Of a DNA stretch of 64,000 nt, positions 14,950-28,650 are shown one piece after another. The translations under genes and the position numbers were made by a program. A model generated the notes under the pieces. The model ran no database searches. It was not told where the DNA came from and saw nothing but the letters and a program-made list of their open reading frames with translations. Source of the stretch: Batkoa obscura (taxonomy: Eukaryota); assembly GCA_030770535.1 (NCBI GenBank), contig JASVEC010000024.1, positions 372,001 through 436,000 of the forward strand, read 5' to 3'. Positions within the stretch are counted from its first letter, which is position 1. The number at the start of each line of letters is the position of its first letter.

Positions 14950-15895
14950 GAAGAAATCAACTTTAGTAACTCTCTAGAAAAGATTTTAAACCAAACTCCG
15001 CTTATTAATGATGATTTTGATAAGCCATAATTATTTTTAGCTCTCAAATTAAAATATCGAACTTACAATATTGCTACTTTTTATTATCTTTTTGCTGAAT
15101 CGTCAATATCGTAATTAGAGTCACTAAAGCCCATAAAATTTATACTATTTAATTACCTTAAGTCTCCCAAATACTTATCTACAAAATTCAAATTAAAGTC
15201 TGGCTCAACTTCTGGGTCTAAATTCCAGTTCAATTTATACTAAGATTAATCTAAGTAGAGCTAGCTATATGTGTATCCGTAAAATTTCAATCAGCAATTT
15301 TAAGTTACTAAACTTTGTTTTATGTTTAATCCATCAAAAATCGAACAACCTTTAGATATCAACGAAAGTGATAATACTACCTTGTTTGGATTCAAAGGCT
15401 CAGTAATTCCTTTAATACTTAAATCGTATCCACAAACTTCGAAAGTCTGGAGTTAATTTAAATGATTTTGAATAATTTCAATGAATAAATATAGCTTATG
15501 AGAATCAACTTTTATCCTTTTTGATTTTGGCATTCTAACTGCTATTTTAACATTAACTCTATCATTAATCTACATATCATTATCATTGTTAGATGTATCA
15601 CTATCATAACTAATGGGGACTATATTTGGACAATATTAAGTATTTAACTCTGACATAGTATATTTATATACATCATTAATGGTCCATTTTTCTTGATGAA
15701 ATTCTCTTGATAGCTCCAATATTTCTTAACTTCGTACTGGTCATAAGTAGAATAAACTGGGTTGCATTTGATTATATTACTAATATTATTGAATAGGCGT
15801 TTACTTAAATATAAGTCAAAAAACTCTTCTGGATCCAATGGTCTGAATGCATTATCTAATAGTATATTGCATAGTTGCTCGAATTTCAATAGCAT
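14950..15895 (-). pseudogene. Degenerate F-box/LRR-like paralog (copy 2)
   Basis: F-box-like N-terminus MLLKFEQLCNILLDNAFRPLDPEEFFDLYLSKRLF, followed by broken frames including FNLNFVDKYLGDLR*LNSI. Boundaries approximate. Confidence 0.6.
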
Positions 15896-16025
15896 TATAG
15901 AGTAAGCTTTTTTCAAAGTACAAAAAACATACCTTTTATATCTTTTATATCTTTTTTACCTTTTTATTTGTGTTAATGATCGCGTAAGTAATATTTTTAA
16001 TAACAACATTGCTAAAACAATATAT

Positions 16026-16122
16026 GGGATGTTTTTTTGGGTTTATTACCTTTTCCATCTTTTAAGCGCTATTTGAACGGAAAAACTGACAGTAAAATTC
16101 TTAAACATAAAAATATATCCCC
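16026..16122. mobile_element. MITE (Sola-like family)
   Basis: ATAT|GGGATGTTTT...AAGCGCTATTTG...TATATCCCC|ATAT. Confidence 0.85.
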
Positions 16123-16728
16123 ATATCGTCTTTAATTAAATGTAGCTGAATTTTTTTACTAAAATTAGACAGATAGATATTCATAAGTAATAAAGCTAAC
16201 TCAGAATATTGATAACTTGTTGATAAAGGATGATGATGATGTTTTCATATTTTATCTTTATTTTCCTTGTAGTCAAATTTTTACAGTCAAATCAACTAAT
16301 GATATCAACCTGATTTTATAGCTAGATTAAACTGCTTATGTAAACTCAGAGTTGTTTTGAATGCATAAAGCTCTTACTTTAGTAGACTTTGAAAGTAACA
16401 TAATATAGAGATGCTTACATTTTGATTTATAGTATAACTACAAGCTACTTTTAACCTCTTTTATTATACATCATTGCCTTTCATAAGTTCTATTTTCTCT
16501 TAGAAATTAAATCAATGATGGATTCATTGTAACCATTTTGATAAAAATATAGATCAGTATGATCAACTTATCAATGTACATATTGAATATCATAGCACCT
16601 AATATTTTTTAGTCTTACTAATGCTAGATGATTTATTAACTAGTTATAAATTGACAAAATGCTAATAAGTTAATCAAATATTATAAATATTCAAAAATGA
16701 AAAAAAATCGAGTAAAAAATGATAGAAG

Positions 16729-18168
16729 TTAGGCAGTCGTTTGTTTATAATAACTATAACTAATGATGCGTAGTCTTATTCTATCCAAGTTAACATTTGG
16801 ACTTTTTTCTATCCCATTATAAACTACTGTATCTATATTTATTTTATCAAATAAAACGAGGAGTAAAGGGAAAATAAATTTACGATTGATTTCTACATCT
16901 GGTGATGTATTTTTTAAAAATTTTGCTAATAATTTTCCCACTCAAATAGCGTTTAAAAACGGAAAAAGTAATGAAGACAAAAAAACATCCCCATCTGTTT
17001 CTTAAAAATTAATTTTTAATAATTGAAGGAGCTGGAAAAAAAGATGAAAAGACGAAAAAATTTAAGGATGTAAGTAAAATCATTCATTTTGGTTTGCTTT
17101 ACAAATTGCGCTTATTGAATTATACCCCTTATTACAAAAACTTCCTCTATAGAAATAAGACTTATCGAGTATTTTGTTGATATCAAACTTTAAATTAATT
17201 TTTTTTGAATATTGGGCAACAAAGAAACTGATCTTAATAATTCCTTTCATAACTTTGCTGAAATAAACTTCTTTCAATTTTGGTAATTTCAATAAAGGAT
17301 TTGATTTAAGGATTTTGTATGGAAATATCCTAAGGTAGTAAATATTAGCCTATTTATCCATATTTGTAATGTTGTTTTCACTTTTAATGTCAAAACAAAA
17401 ACTATCAAAATTCATATATTTTATGCTCTTAAACTGCCTTAAATTACCAAGGTATTTTAAACCAAAGTCATATTTAAGGTGGTCTTTAAGTTCTGATTTT
17501 AAGTTGGAAATAAACTTTGAAATCTGTTTAGAGACGTTAATAGTATCAATATCATCGGTACAATAGAGGTTTAGTATTTTTAATTGAGTAAACTTTGTCA
17601 TAAATATATCCAATCCCTTGAGATTGAAGCGATCATACAACTCTAATTTAATTGACTTTAATTTGCTTAAGCTCAAATGAATTAAATAAATATTATCTAT
17701 ACTGTCTACTTTAGCTTCAAACAATTTCATAGCTTGTGTACAATCCTCAGAGTAGATGATAAACTTTCATAAATTTGGTAATCCAATATTTACTCTAGCT
17801 TTATTATTAGTATTAGTCTTGATGCTACTATCACTATAATCCTTTTTCCTCAAATTACTAGAATTATAATCCTCGTACATATAGTAAACAGACTCTGAAT
17901 TCGGACAATAAATCAAGTTTCTGAGAGTATCATTATTTATTTCTATATGTCATATCAACAATCCGTTTTCTTTAATAAACCTATCTTAATAGTTTTGATA
18001 TTATATTAATAAAACTCATTCATAAATTGAATTGCGTTTAATTACATTACTAACTTTGCTGAATAAGTATTTGATCAAAAAGCATAAATTAAACAACCCT
18101 TCTGGGTCTGATAGTTTGAATATATCCTCCAAAAATATATTAGATAACTGCCTAAATTTCAATGTCAT
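16729..18168 (-). pseudogene. Degenerate F-box/LRR-like paralog (copy 3)
   Basis: MTLKFRQLSNIFLEDIFKLSDPEGLFNLCFLIKYLF...*, then LRR-like fragments (LSKLKSIKLEL, FTQLKILNL, KYLGNLRQFKSI, LPKLKEVYF) in several frames. MITE inserted at 16901. Confidence 0.6.
16901..16992. mobile_element. MITE (Sola-like family) with ATCT target duplication
   Basis: ATCT|GGTGATGTATTTT...AAAACATCCCC|ATCT. Confidence 0.85.
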
Positions 18169-18390
18169 TTCAAAACAGATTAATAAACAAAATACAGAAC
18201 TCAGCTAGCCTTTTATTCTTTTAATTTTAAGGGCAGCACTGTAATCAAGGTTATCAACATAGTTTGCTACTATTGGCTAAAGAATGTACTATTTTGTTTT
18301 GCTTTAAATCTTAAAAAGTCGACTAAATGTAAACTTAAAATTCAAAATAGATTCTATTTAGATGTATTTTTTTAACTATTTCTTTGATAT

Positions 18391-18483
18391 GGGGCTGTTT
18401 TTTAGTTTCATTATCTTTCCATTTTTTAAGCGCTATTTGAGTGGAAAGATTGTAGTAAAATTCTTAAACGAAAAAACATCCCC
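18391..18483. mobile_element. MITE (Sola-like family)
   Basis: ATAT|GGGGCTGTTTT...AAACATCCCC|ATAT. Confidence 0.9.
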
Positions 18484-19383
18484 ATATAGTAATTTCATTT
18501 GAATTTATGTATATATCTTGCTTCATATTTATTTATTTAGAGTCACTCACATACCATACTAGAGTACTTAAGTTTAGATGTAGTATTTTCATTAATATAT
18601 GTAGACTTCCATGTTATTCTCATTTATTTTAGAATAGTTTAAAATTTTAAAAGCTATTGAGCTCTTTTTAAAAAATCCACATTCTTTGAATTATAGTCAT
18701 CCTTGAAGTGATATCAAGCTTACAATAAAACGCTGCATTATTATTATACAATTTCTTTTACACTTCATTGTATTAAAAAATGAACTATTTTAACATACCG
18801 TTAATTTTTTCAAAAAAATGATCAGTTTTTAAGAAAATGTTATTGTATCACAAAATAAATCTAAATGGAGTTGAAAAAGTAATGAGGTCAACCTCAATTA
18901 TTGTTCTTAATTATTTTAAAATATTTTATTTGAAGAATAAGTAATGAATATCCATTTATAGTAAATAAAGTTTTAATTTTGATAATCAAAAAAATGCGTT
19001 ACAGCTATTATTAAATAAACTTATAAAAGACTCGATGTTGAATAACTTTAACTTTCTTTAATTCATTTTTAAATTTATTATTATTAAAATGTTTGAATAT
19101 GTAATAACTTTAAGCTTTCCCAAAACATCAATTCATTATTAATGTTTTGTATACACTTATTTTTACGTGGTTTCATGAAAGTTTATTAAACATAAAGCCT
19201 ATTCCTCATTTATATTATTTGATCAAACCACATGATACCGCTAATTTAATAAGCAAAATGGTTTAATTTAATATGAATTTATTAGCAAAAGTATTAAGAG
19301 TGTAATAAGGATTAGGTTTATTAACTGTAATAGTATATATATACATTTCTAAACAAACTGGGGTAAAAAAAGCACAAGAATAA

Positions 19384-19968
19384 TTAAAGTTGGGATTTAG
19401 AAATGGTAGTAGCTATCTGATTCTCCGCTGGATAGATGGTCATTTGGAAGTCTTTAACTTTAAACCCACATTTCTCATAAAATGGCACATTTGATTCACT
19501 GCAATTCAATATAATTTTATAGCATCCTACCTTGACACCAATATATTTTAATGCATCGATAACTCTTAGGCCTAATTTTTTGCCTCTTTGTGAATCATGT
19601 ACTACAATATCTTCAATGTGTCCTGCAAGTCCACAGCTCCTTATAAACTTACATTCTGTAAGTAAAGTACCAGCGGCTACTATCTTTTTTTGCTCAGTAT
19701 CCTCAATTACTAAAGAGTAATAATTGCCCGCTTTTAATATCCTCTCGTAGTTGTCATTGAACATCTGTCTAGTAACGTTACCAGTGACTGTTAATTGAGA
19801 TAAACACTGGATATATCCTTTATCATAGTCTCCTAACTCTAAAGGACGCATAACATAACCCTTTGGCAAGGCTTCTTTTACTTCTGGAGAGATTAAGCTT
19901 TCAGTAAATAAACTGGTGGTATTTAAATTTAGATAGTTATTCATGGTTTGTTTTAAACTTTGAAACAT
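19384..19968 (-). CDS. GNA1: Glucosamine-6-phosphate N-acetyltransferase (GNAT family)
   Basis: Intronless ORF with MRPLELGDYDKGY..LSQLT, KFIRSCGLAGHIEDIVV..QRGKKLG and GCYKIILNCSESNVPFYEKCGF. Confidence 0.95.
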   Translation of the reverse strand: MFQSLKQTMNNYLNLNTTSLFTESLISPEVKEALPKGYVMRPLELGDYDKGYIQCLSQLTVTGNVTRQMFNDNYERILKAGNYYSLVIEDTEQKKIVAAGTLLTECKFIRSCGLAGHIEDIVVHDSQRGKKLGLRVIDALKYIGVKVGCYKIILNCSESNVPFYEKCGFKVKDFQMTIYPAENQIATTISKSQL

Positions 19969-20713
19969 ATTGCTATTATCTTTGTTGGTTTATATACTCT
20001 TTTTCTTGATTATTATAAATTAGAAATTATAAACTCAACACAAGTTTTTTTTATCATTAATAATAAAACCTAGCCAATAATTGTAGTTTATTATATTGGG
20101 TGATATGTCATGATAAGCAAGTTATCTATGACATATTATTGGTTAAGTTTATTTTTAAATCCATTCAAACTTTATTAGTGAATATTTATAGCGGCCAATG
20201 AGTTAGGTCCTTTGCTACCCTACAAAATTAATTTATTTATAGACTGAAATGCTGATAAAAAATAACTTTTAACTTAAACTAATTAAAAGTAGTTTGACCG
20301 TTGCTGTTTTAGTTTTATCATGATAAGATTTAAATAATTTATTATTAAAAGTTATTTTATTGCTTTACCCTTTTTTATATAAAAAGTTTAAACTATTTAA
20401 TGATAATGAAAGTATACTTTATCAGCTTTTTGATAATAGATACTAAATAAGCTATATTTGTAATTTATAATAAAACTAATAGTGCTAATATAAAATTGTT
20501 AATATTAAGCAATATTGAATAACATTGTACAATATCATTTTATAAAAAAGTCATCAAAAATTTGTAACGTTAGAAAATCATATTCATTCTAAGCTAAATA
20601 AAAATACTTATATTTAACTAATATTTGTGATGTAAGCAAACTAGAACAAATAACCAATCAAACAAATAGGTTTAAAAAAAAGTTATCTATATGAGTGTAT
20701 CTATTTTTTTTAA

Positions 20714-23401
20714 ATGTCAGAAGTAAAAAGTGGAGTTCCAGAGGAAACTAAAAAGAATGAAAAAGGAAATATAAAAGAAGAAAAAGAAGTGAATGAAAAA
20801 ACAGTCACTGCTAACAATTTGTCGCAGCCCCAAATTATTGTTGAAGAGTTTCAATATCTATTGGAAAAATCTCAACAGTTGTTTGCTGGATTGAGGTAGG
20901 CTTTTAAATAATAATAATTGGTAGGGTTAAGTTTATCGAAAATTTTAGAGAGCTATCTCCTGTTTCTGGGAGACAATGGCAAACCCATTTTCAAAGAACG
21001 TTTGAAATTTATACAAAAGTAAATTAAAAATAATTAAAAGTCTTCATTTAAAATGTTTTTTTAGCTATGGAAATTTCAGCAGATTCATAGGTAAAGAATT
21101 TCAATTTAAAACAATTCTAAGTAATAAATATTTTAAATAGAGTAGTTTTAGAAGATAAAGAATATTATGGATTAAAGCGGTGGGAAGTTGGAGAAATTGC
21201 TTCAAAGATTGGACAGATTTATTATCATTATTAGTAAATTAAATAATATCAATCAAAGTTAATATTAAAAAAGTAATCAAAGTTTAAGGACGAGCGAAAC
21301 AAATTACTTATATGAATCCTATGTATTTTATGAAGCTATTCATGAAAGAAATTATTTTAAAGATGTATTAGATGCTAAAAAGTAAAAACATTCGTAATTT
21401 TTAAACACAATGTGATATTTACAAACTGATTAGTCCAGCCCAAATGATAAAAAAATTAAGATATTATGCGCGATTTATTGTAGTCGGACTTCTATTATTA
21501 AGAAAAGAAAGGGTAGCTAAACTATATCAAGAGCTATCTAGTTTAGTAGAAGATTACACGAAATTATTTAAACCTGTGGATTCGATGGAATGGCAAATGG
21601 TATTACAAGAAATTATTACATTTCTGGAGGTAAGTCAAATTAAAATAAATTAAAATGATTGACATTTTAATGTTAATAAAGGTAGAGAAAAAGATATTAC
21701 CTTTAGCCGAAGGAACGGCTCAAGCTTTACCTATTCAATTCCGCTTTCCAAATATTAATAGAATAGCCATCGACACGATGGACAGTGATAATACAAACGC
21801 TACCTTAGATGATAATAAGTTAAACAATTCGTCAAAAGTAACTGGGTTAAGGTTACAAGAAGTTATAATAGTTGGAAATAAAGTATCTCAAGTAAGTCAT
21901 ATTCTATCAACCTCTATCAAAATTTTGACATGTGTTTTTTAGGTCAAATTTTCAGAGTTATCATTAGATATGTATCGTATGGTATTAACATTAGGTATTA
22001 GTATTTAATCAATTTAACGTCCAAATTAACAAATTAAAGAAAGGGAACCACAACATGTATCAAAAAGTACAACAACGGCAAATCCAGAGTCCACACTAGA
22101 TGAGAATGATTTAAATAAAAAAAGTAATGAACTTAAAAATAAACCCAATTTTATAAGATTACCAACCTCCAATCTTAAAAAAGTTCATCCACCACATAAA
22201 TATTTATTATTTCGACCTACCTTCTCTCAGCTATTAGTTTATATTTCAAATTGCTACAAAGTAAAGTAATTTGTCATGCTCATTTGTTCAGCATTAATTA
22301 TATTGATAGGATCTTTCAGATAATTCAGCTTTATTGATTTATTTATCTTCGGATGCTATTAAATCTATTCCTTCTGAAAAAAGCACTCAATATGGTAAGT
22401 TTAGCTTATTATATTTTAGCTATCATATATTAATAATAAGGCTATGTTGGTGGATGTGCAACATCGTATCGAAAACCAATGGATAAAGCATCCGATATTG
22501 CAGATTCTATTGCAGCAAGTCATTGTTTGCATCCAGGAGATTTAATTCCATTTACTCGTAAACCTTTATTTTTAATTGTGGAGTCGAATTCAAATGACTC
22601 ATTTAAAGTAAACAATTTTTATACAATCATATATTTAATTTATTGTTTCGATAATAGAAAATGCCAAATTTATTTAATCAACCATTCTTATGTCTTATGG
22701 CACCTATCGATTCCCCCTTTAAAGGTAAGTTTAGAAATTATTGTCTATTACTATACAACCTTTAATCTATTTTCTAGATAGTGCTATGGCAGGTTCAATA
22801 ATGACAATGTTCCTTTCATCACCTTTGGTAGCATTTTGCTATATAGCGGATTTAGTTGAACTAAGCCCAGAGATATGGACTAAAATGACAGAGCATTTTA
22901 CTTATTTGGAAGAAAAATGTATTGAGTTATTACTTAATACAGGGTCATTAGGTAATTAACTAAGATTATAAATGCTTTATGGTATTTTATGACAATATTT
23001 TTTAGATGCTACTACTAAATCTTTTATGTATGATGATTTCTTGAAATTATTGATAGCAAGGTTTATATTGGCAACTATAATTATGGGATTACATCGATTA
23101 ATTAAAGATTCTAAAGTAACTAATACCAACTTTTATAATTTTAATAGCTAACTCTTATACACTTTTTTAATAGAACTTGCCTACTAGTTTACCTAGTTTT
23201 CCATCCTCAATATTTAGTAGTAACGAGTTAATATCTAAATTAAGATCAGTTATTGAGCTTACTGGCACTAGTTTGATATTCTCCTATTTAGATAAAACTT
23301 CTCAACCTTGTACTCCTTCCCCTTTAATGACTCATGGTGATAGTTATTTGACTATCCATCCTTCAAGCACTACTGAACCAATACCACCTAAGTCAGCTTA
23401 A
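20714..23401 (+). CDS. SCAI-family protein (multi-exon)
   Basis: Spliced motifs EFQYLLEKSQQLFAGLR, FQRTFEIYTKLWKFQQ, GLKRWEVGEIASKIGQIYYHYYLRTSE, KKLRYYARFIVV and LHPGDLIPFTRKPLFLIVES are characteristic of SCAI proteins. Confidence 0.88.
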
Positions 23402-23978
23402 GACCTTTTTAGTTTCATTTTATTAATAAATTCAATTTTGTTGCACTATTATTATCATTATTGCCCGGTATTACTTTAATTAATTTTTAGGCATTTAATT
23501 TTGTAATTTAATTGAAATTATGCAATGTAAATTTTCATAAAACAATGATGAAAAATTAGGCAATAATTTCTGCCAAGTTGTTCTGAAAAGAACTTTATTA
23601 CGAACAAATGGTTCTCACATAAATTCATGATCTTTTAGCCAAGGTAAAATTTTAATGGCTAAAAGTTTCAGATCTTTTGGTGAAATCATTAACTAAAAAT
23701 GATAAATTAAGCTATTCAATTTACCCATTGCCTCCTTTAAAATTCACATTAAAACTAAAAATGATTTATTTATCACTCTAAAACAAACTTCATTTCCATC
23801 ATATTGAGATAAAATAGTGGGAGCATCTTTAATGATTGGTTAAATCAAATGAAATTTCCCAAATAAACGAATCATTTTTTAAAAGCTAATTAAAACTTAA
23901 TATGAATTAAAAATTCTTAAGAAAAGTTTAAAAGCTTATAAATCAATCTAAACCTTCGTATATAAAAAAAAAAATTGA

Positions 23979-25402
23979 ATGTCTTTAAACAATAACATTG
24001 ACGACGAAATGACTAAACATGAAGCAATCACAGGGGAAAACGTAGCAAGCAAAGATAAGAGTACTTTTTATTCGTTTATTAAATCTGTTGCTTCTTTTAC
24101 TGGAGACTTATCCCAACTCACTTGTCCTGGATTCCTACTATGCGGTACTTCTATTATTGAGTATTGGTAAGAGTAGTGAAAATATTTTGAAAAAAAATTA
24201 ATGAGTTTTCCAATTTAGTGCTCATTATGCAGACCACCCTGCCCTTATTAAAAATATAGCTTTAGCACAAGATCCACTAGGTAATTAAATTAGTAATTAT
24301 GAAAACTCTAAATTTAAGCAAAAAAATAAATAGAACGCACCCAAGCAGTAACCGCTTGGTTTTTGTCGAGTTTATATGGAAGCTTTAGATCTAGGAATAA
24401 AGATAATTTTGAAAAGAAACCTTATAATCCAATCTTAGGAGAAAAATTTATTTGTAGTTTAAAAGATGCCAGTGGTGATAAAATCGATGTCAACTGTGAA
24501 CAAGGTAACATTGATTTTTTTAATGGTTTTATTTATTAAAAATAATTTTTTAGTTTCTCATCACCCTCCAATATCCGCTTTTCACTTAGAAAGTCAAGAA
24601 CATGGTATTTCTATTAATGGACACAGTATGACTTATTTATTTCTAAGAAACAACTTATTAACATTATTTGTTTTAGCTGGCCAAAAATCCAAATTTAAAG
24701 GAACAACTATCAAAGTAAGTAGATTATAGCCACGATTCAAAGTTCTTTTATTAATAAATTTAACTCTAGGTCACTCAAGTTGGACATATTACAGTCAACT
24801 TAAAAAATAGTGATGAAACATTTATCATTTCATTACCAGAAATGCATATCCGCTCTTTGATTACTGGTCGTCCATTTTTGGACTTATATCATGAGTCTTA
24901 TGTATACTCAAGTTCTGGATATATTGCCACCATCAAATATGTACAGAAAGGATGGTTTTCAGGAGATTATTTTGATATAAGTGGGCATATTAAAGATAGT
25001 CAAGGTAACGTACATCGTACAATTGCAGGCAAATGGACCGAAGAATTTTCATTTAGTAATAAAAATGGCGACAAACTATTCGCTTTTAATCCAGAAACCA
25101 CACCAATGGCGGAAAGAATCATTGCTCCATTGGAACAACAAGAAGAAAATGAATCTCAACGTTTATGGAATGAAGTTAGTAAAGCCATCGAAGAGGAAGA
25201 ATATGCATTGGCTACAGAGAAAAAATCAGCCATTGAAAATAAGCAGAGGGCATTACGTAAACAACGTCAGGAAGAAAACATAACTTGGGAGCCAAAGTAC
25301 TTTTCATTCGTTAAAGATGAACCAGAACGTATTAAAATAGAAAAAGCGCTTGGAACTGGATTAGAAGGGATTGATGAAGGATCTTGGGTGTTTAAAAAGT
25401 AG
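23979..25402 (+). CDS. Oxysterol-binding protein (short ORP/Osh family)
   Basis: GDLSQLTCPGFLL..SIIEY, EKKPYNPILGEKF, the signature EQVSHHPPISAFH across an intron, and ESQRLWNEV..ATEKKSAIENKQR. Confidence 0.92.
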
Positions 25403-25614
25403 GATTCTTAGATTAAATAGCAGTAAAGCGAAGAGTTTTTATTTAAGGGAAAATTAAAACTTGAATTATCTTTTTTTAGATTTTTATATCGATTGGTATC
25501 ATTTTGATTACCTATTCAATTAAATTAAAAAAATTATAGTATATATTAATTTTTGTGTATATTTTGTTTCATGTTATTTTACCAATAATAAATTAAAACT
25601 TTAATATTTTTATT

Positions 25615-26370
25615 TTAATTCCACCAAATACTTAGAGAAATACTAGGTGATAAAGCCTTAACATAATGCCACCAACCCTTAGGTAAATACAACATGTCAC
25701 CCTCATTAATGATAGTATCGATGTATGGTACATCTACCGCATTCGGAAACAAACTAACGTCTAGATTCTCTGGATCAATCCTTGAAGTATTACTCAAATA
25801 TTTTTCTTTAAATGGATATAACCTATCTTTATACGTATTATTATATAACCTTAAATATTTTGAACCTTTAATCTGTACAAATAAATTTTCGTAAGGATCA
25901 AAATGGATTGGAGTAATTGTATTCTCTGGTCCCATCCATAGCATCATCTGTTCAAAACCCACTCTTCCACAGTTGAGTAAAGTGGGTATTTTAATATCCT
26001 GTTGAAGTTGGGGTATGAAGTTAAGTAATGGGTATTGGGCTAGATAGCCATAGTTTGGTATATCTTTTAGTTGTGCTTTAAGATTACTCTGCATAAACAA
26101 CTTGATATATAAAGTTAGTGGTAACTCGGTTTTACTATCGATCTTATCATAGCGATCTAACTCGACGGGTACAAGTGTAGTTCCATGATGTTTTATCCAC
26201 CACTCCATATCTTGCCATTTATTTAAAGCATCCCAATCGTTTATTTGACCGCTTAGTTGTATGGGTTGGTTCTTTAGGTAATAGTTATCTTTAAATAAGG
26301 CATCTGTTATAGATGGTAGTATTTTTATGGGATTTGTAAGTTTGTTTAATAAAGTAAAAGTTTTATTCAT
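25615..26370 (-). CDS. JmjC/cupin_8 2-oxoglutarate oxygenase (JMJD5/KDM8-like)
   Basis: YLAQY, WMGPENTITPIHFDPYENLFVQIKGSKY (HxD motif) and GDMLYLPKGWWHYV. First ATG at 26370. Confidence 0.9.
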   Translation of the reverse strand: MNKTFTLLNKLTNPIKILPSITDALFKDNYYLKNQPIQLSGQINDWDALNKWQDMEWWIKHHGTTLVPVELDRYDKIDSKTELPLTLYIKLFMQSNLKAQLKDIPNYGYLAQYPLLNFIPQLQQDIKIPTLLNCGRVGFEQMMLWMGPENTITPIHFDPYENLFVQIKGSKYLRLYNNTYKDRLYPFKEKYLSNTSRIDPENLDVSLFPNAVDVPYIDTIINEGDMLYLPKGWWHYVKALSPSISLSIWWN

Positions 26371-26432
26371 TTTAAAAAAAAATGAATTTCGAGACTGAAA
26401 TTTCAAATATTTTTTTATAGTTTATTTGACAA

Positions 26433-27894
26433 ATGGAACCAACAAAGAATTATAGTTTAAATGTTAATTTTAATGTCAATGAGTATAAAATAAAGAGAAG
26501 AGTAGTGTTTAGTCAGGATTTAGAATATATATTTGATGTCAAGAAGATAGGAGATACAAAATTAGCAGTATCGGGATCAAACTTGAAGATTAATATTTAT
26601 GACCAAAATAGTTTAAACTTAATTAGTACATTAGATCATCACAAGAAACCAATTTCAAGTATTAAAAGAATAAATCAAAAACAAGATATTTTCCTTTCTT
26701 CTTCAGAAGATAAAACTATTGCTTTATGGGACTTGAGAGCTAGCTTATCCCCAATTCAAATTTGGACTGGTGAGTATTAGTAACATTATAATTATAATGA
26801 TAGAATTAATAAAGATAATTGAAGATAACCAAAACTCAATCAACTCCATAGATATTAATTGTGATGAAAGTTTATTGATTGCAGGCACTTCTTTTAGTAC
26901 TTATTCACGGGAAGCTAAGATTTTATTTTGGTATTTTAATGAGTAGTTAAAGAAAATCAAAATAATAAAATCTCCATTTAGGGACTTACGCACAAATAAT
27001 ATAGTCCAAGAATTTATTGAGTGCCATAATGACGATATCACTTTAGTAAGTCATATTTTAACAAACGAAGGAATTAAACTTAATACATCCAGATTGAGCA
27101 TCACCCAACAGATAAAAATAGATTTTTAAGTGGAGGGATGGATGGGTTAATATGTAGCTATAATTTAATATCTCAAGAAGAAGATGATAATCTAGAGAAA
27201 ACAATCAATTTTGGTAACTCTATAATGAGCTGTGGCTATTTTGGTCAAACACAACAATTTATCTTTGCTTTAAGTCACATGGAAACTTTTGCTATTTTTA
27301 GTTCAGAGGTAAACTAATCTTTGTTTACTATTTATTTATGTTACTTATTGCTATAAAAAGGGGGATTTAATCCATGACTTTGGTAGTATTAAAAATTCGT
27401 TCTGTCGTAAATCAGATTTTATTGTCGATTATGTTATCGGCTGCCACTACGATAAATTGGAGGATCAGCTCTATCTTATGGCAGGTTCTTATAAGTAATA
27501 TTATGATATCTCACTACTATATATAATATAATATATTAATTTAATTAAAGTGGTAAAATTGGGATATTCTTAGTTAAAGGGGAAGGTGAGTTACAACTAT
27601 ACCAAGTATTAAAAGATGGTCATAGTGATGTGGTAAGATCCGTATACTGGGACAATCAAGTAAGTTTAATAATAGTTATGATTGAACAACACAATTGAAT
27701 TTTTTATTAAGTCAAAAGAAATAATTACTGGGGCCGAAGATGGAAAGCTAATATCCTGGATCCATCAAATACAAAATAAACCTAATGTTGAAAGTAGACC
27801 GGGGAATATAAAGGTAATAATTGTTGTTCGATTGATTTAATACTGATCATCTTATTTATAGAATACAAATCACATTCGTTTTTCACCTTATTAG
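26433..27894 (+). CDS. WD40-repeat protein (WDR89-like), multi-exon
   Basis: WD repeats SSSEDKTIALWDLR, ECHNDDIT..HHP..FLSGGMDGL, LSHMETF and GHSDVVRS..ITGAEDGKL; ends RFSPY*. Confidence 0.85.
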
Positions 27895-28180
27895 AAATAA
27901 TAAGATTTATAGATAAATAATATAATAGACTAAATAAAAGCTGTTAATTTGATTTACTAAAAAATAGCAACTAATTCATTTTTAAAAATTTACTTTTAAA
28001 TATAAACCACTCTATAATAAATATTGCATGAAAGTTAAAACTACGCTATTTTAATCCACTCTAATGTTGTATCTTAATTAATAAATAAATTCATAGTCCA
28101 TTACTGAGTTAAACTTGCAATCTAAATCTTTTATTTTAATTTAATAATTTTATATAAATTATAGCTACTTGTTTTATAAA

Positions 28181-28650
28181 TTATTTTTGATACATAGCTT
28201 GTGGAGGAAAACTTTGATTTGGATTCGCAGGGCCATCTGGTTTTTTAAAATTAATATACATACTTTTACAAATTAATAATAAAATTACTATTTTGAGGTC
28301 CCGGTTGTCTACCACCTAAAAAAACAATTAACTTAAAGGATTTAAAAATTAAACTATTTTAGTTACCTGAATAAATACCAGTAATCCTATCAATTACAGT
28401 TTGTGTTGTATCTTGACCAAGGCCTTAAAATAGTATTAGTAAAAAGTTTTAATTTAATTTATAAAACCGTTTAACATACCAGAATAATAATCCTTAACTG
28501 CAGCGGCATGTTTCCAACCCGAATTATGGGCCTTACGTACTGCCATAGTATCATGGGTTAAAAAGATATCACAATAGTCTATTACTTTTATTAACTTTTT
28601 GTTCATTCTTAATTATTCTTATTAAACTCACCACAGTAATATTTAGCCAT
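28181..28650 (-). CDS. SNRPC: U1 snRNP protein C (zinc finger), multi-exon; absent from the ORF track
   Basis: Spliced [38 protein letters not shown] matches the U1-C zinc finger (YYCDYCD..LTHD....RK.H..G..H). Confidence 0.92.
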
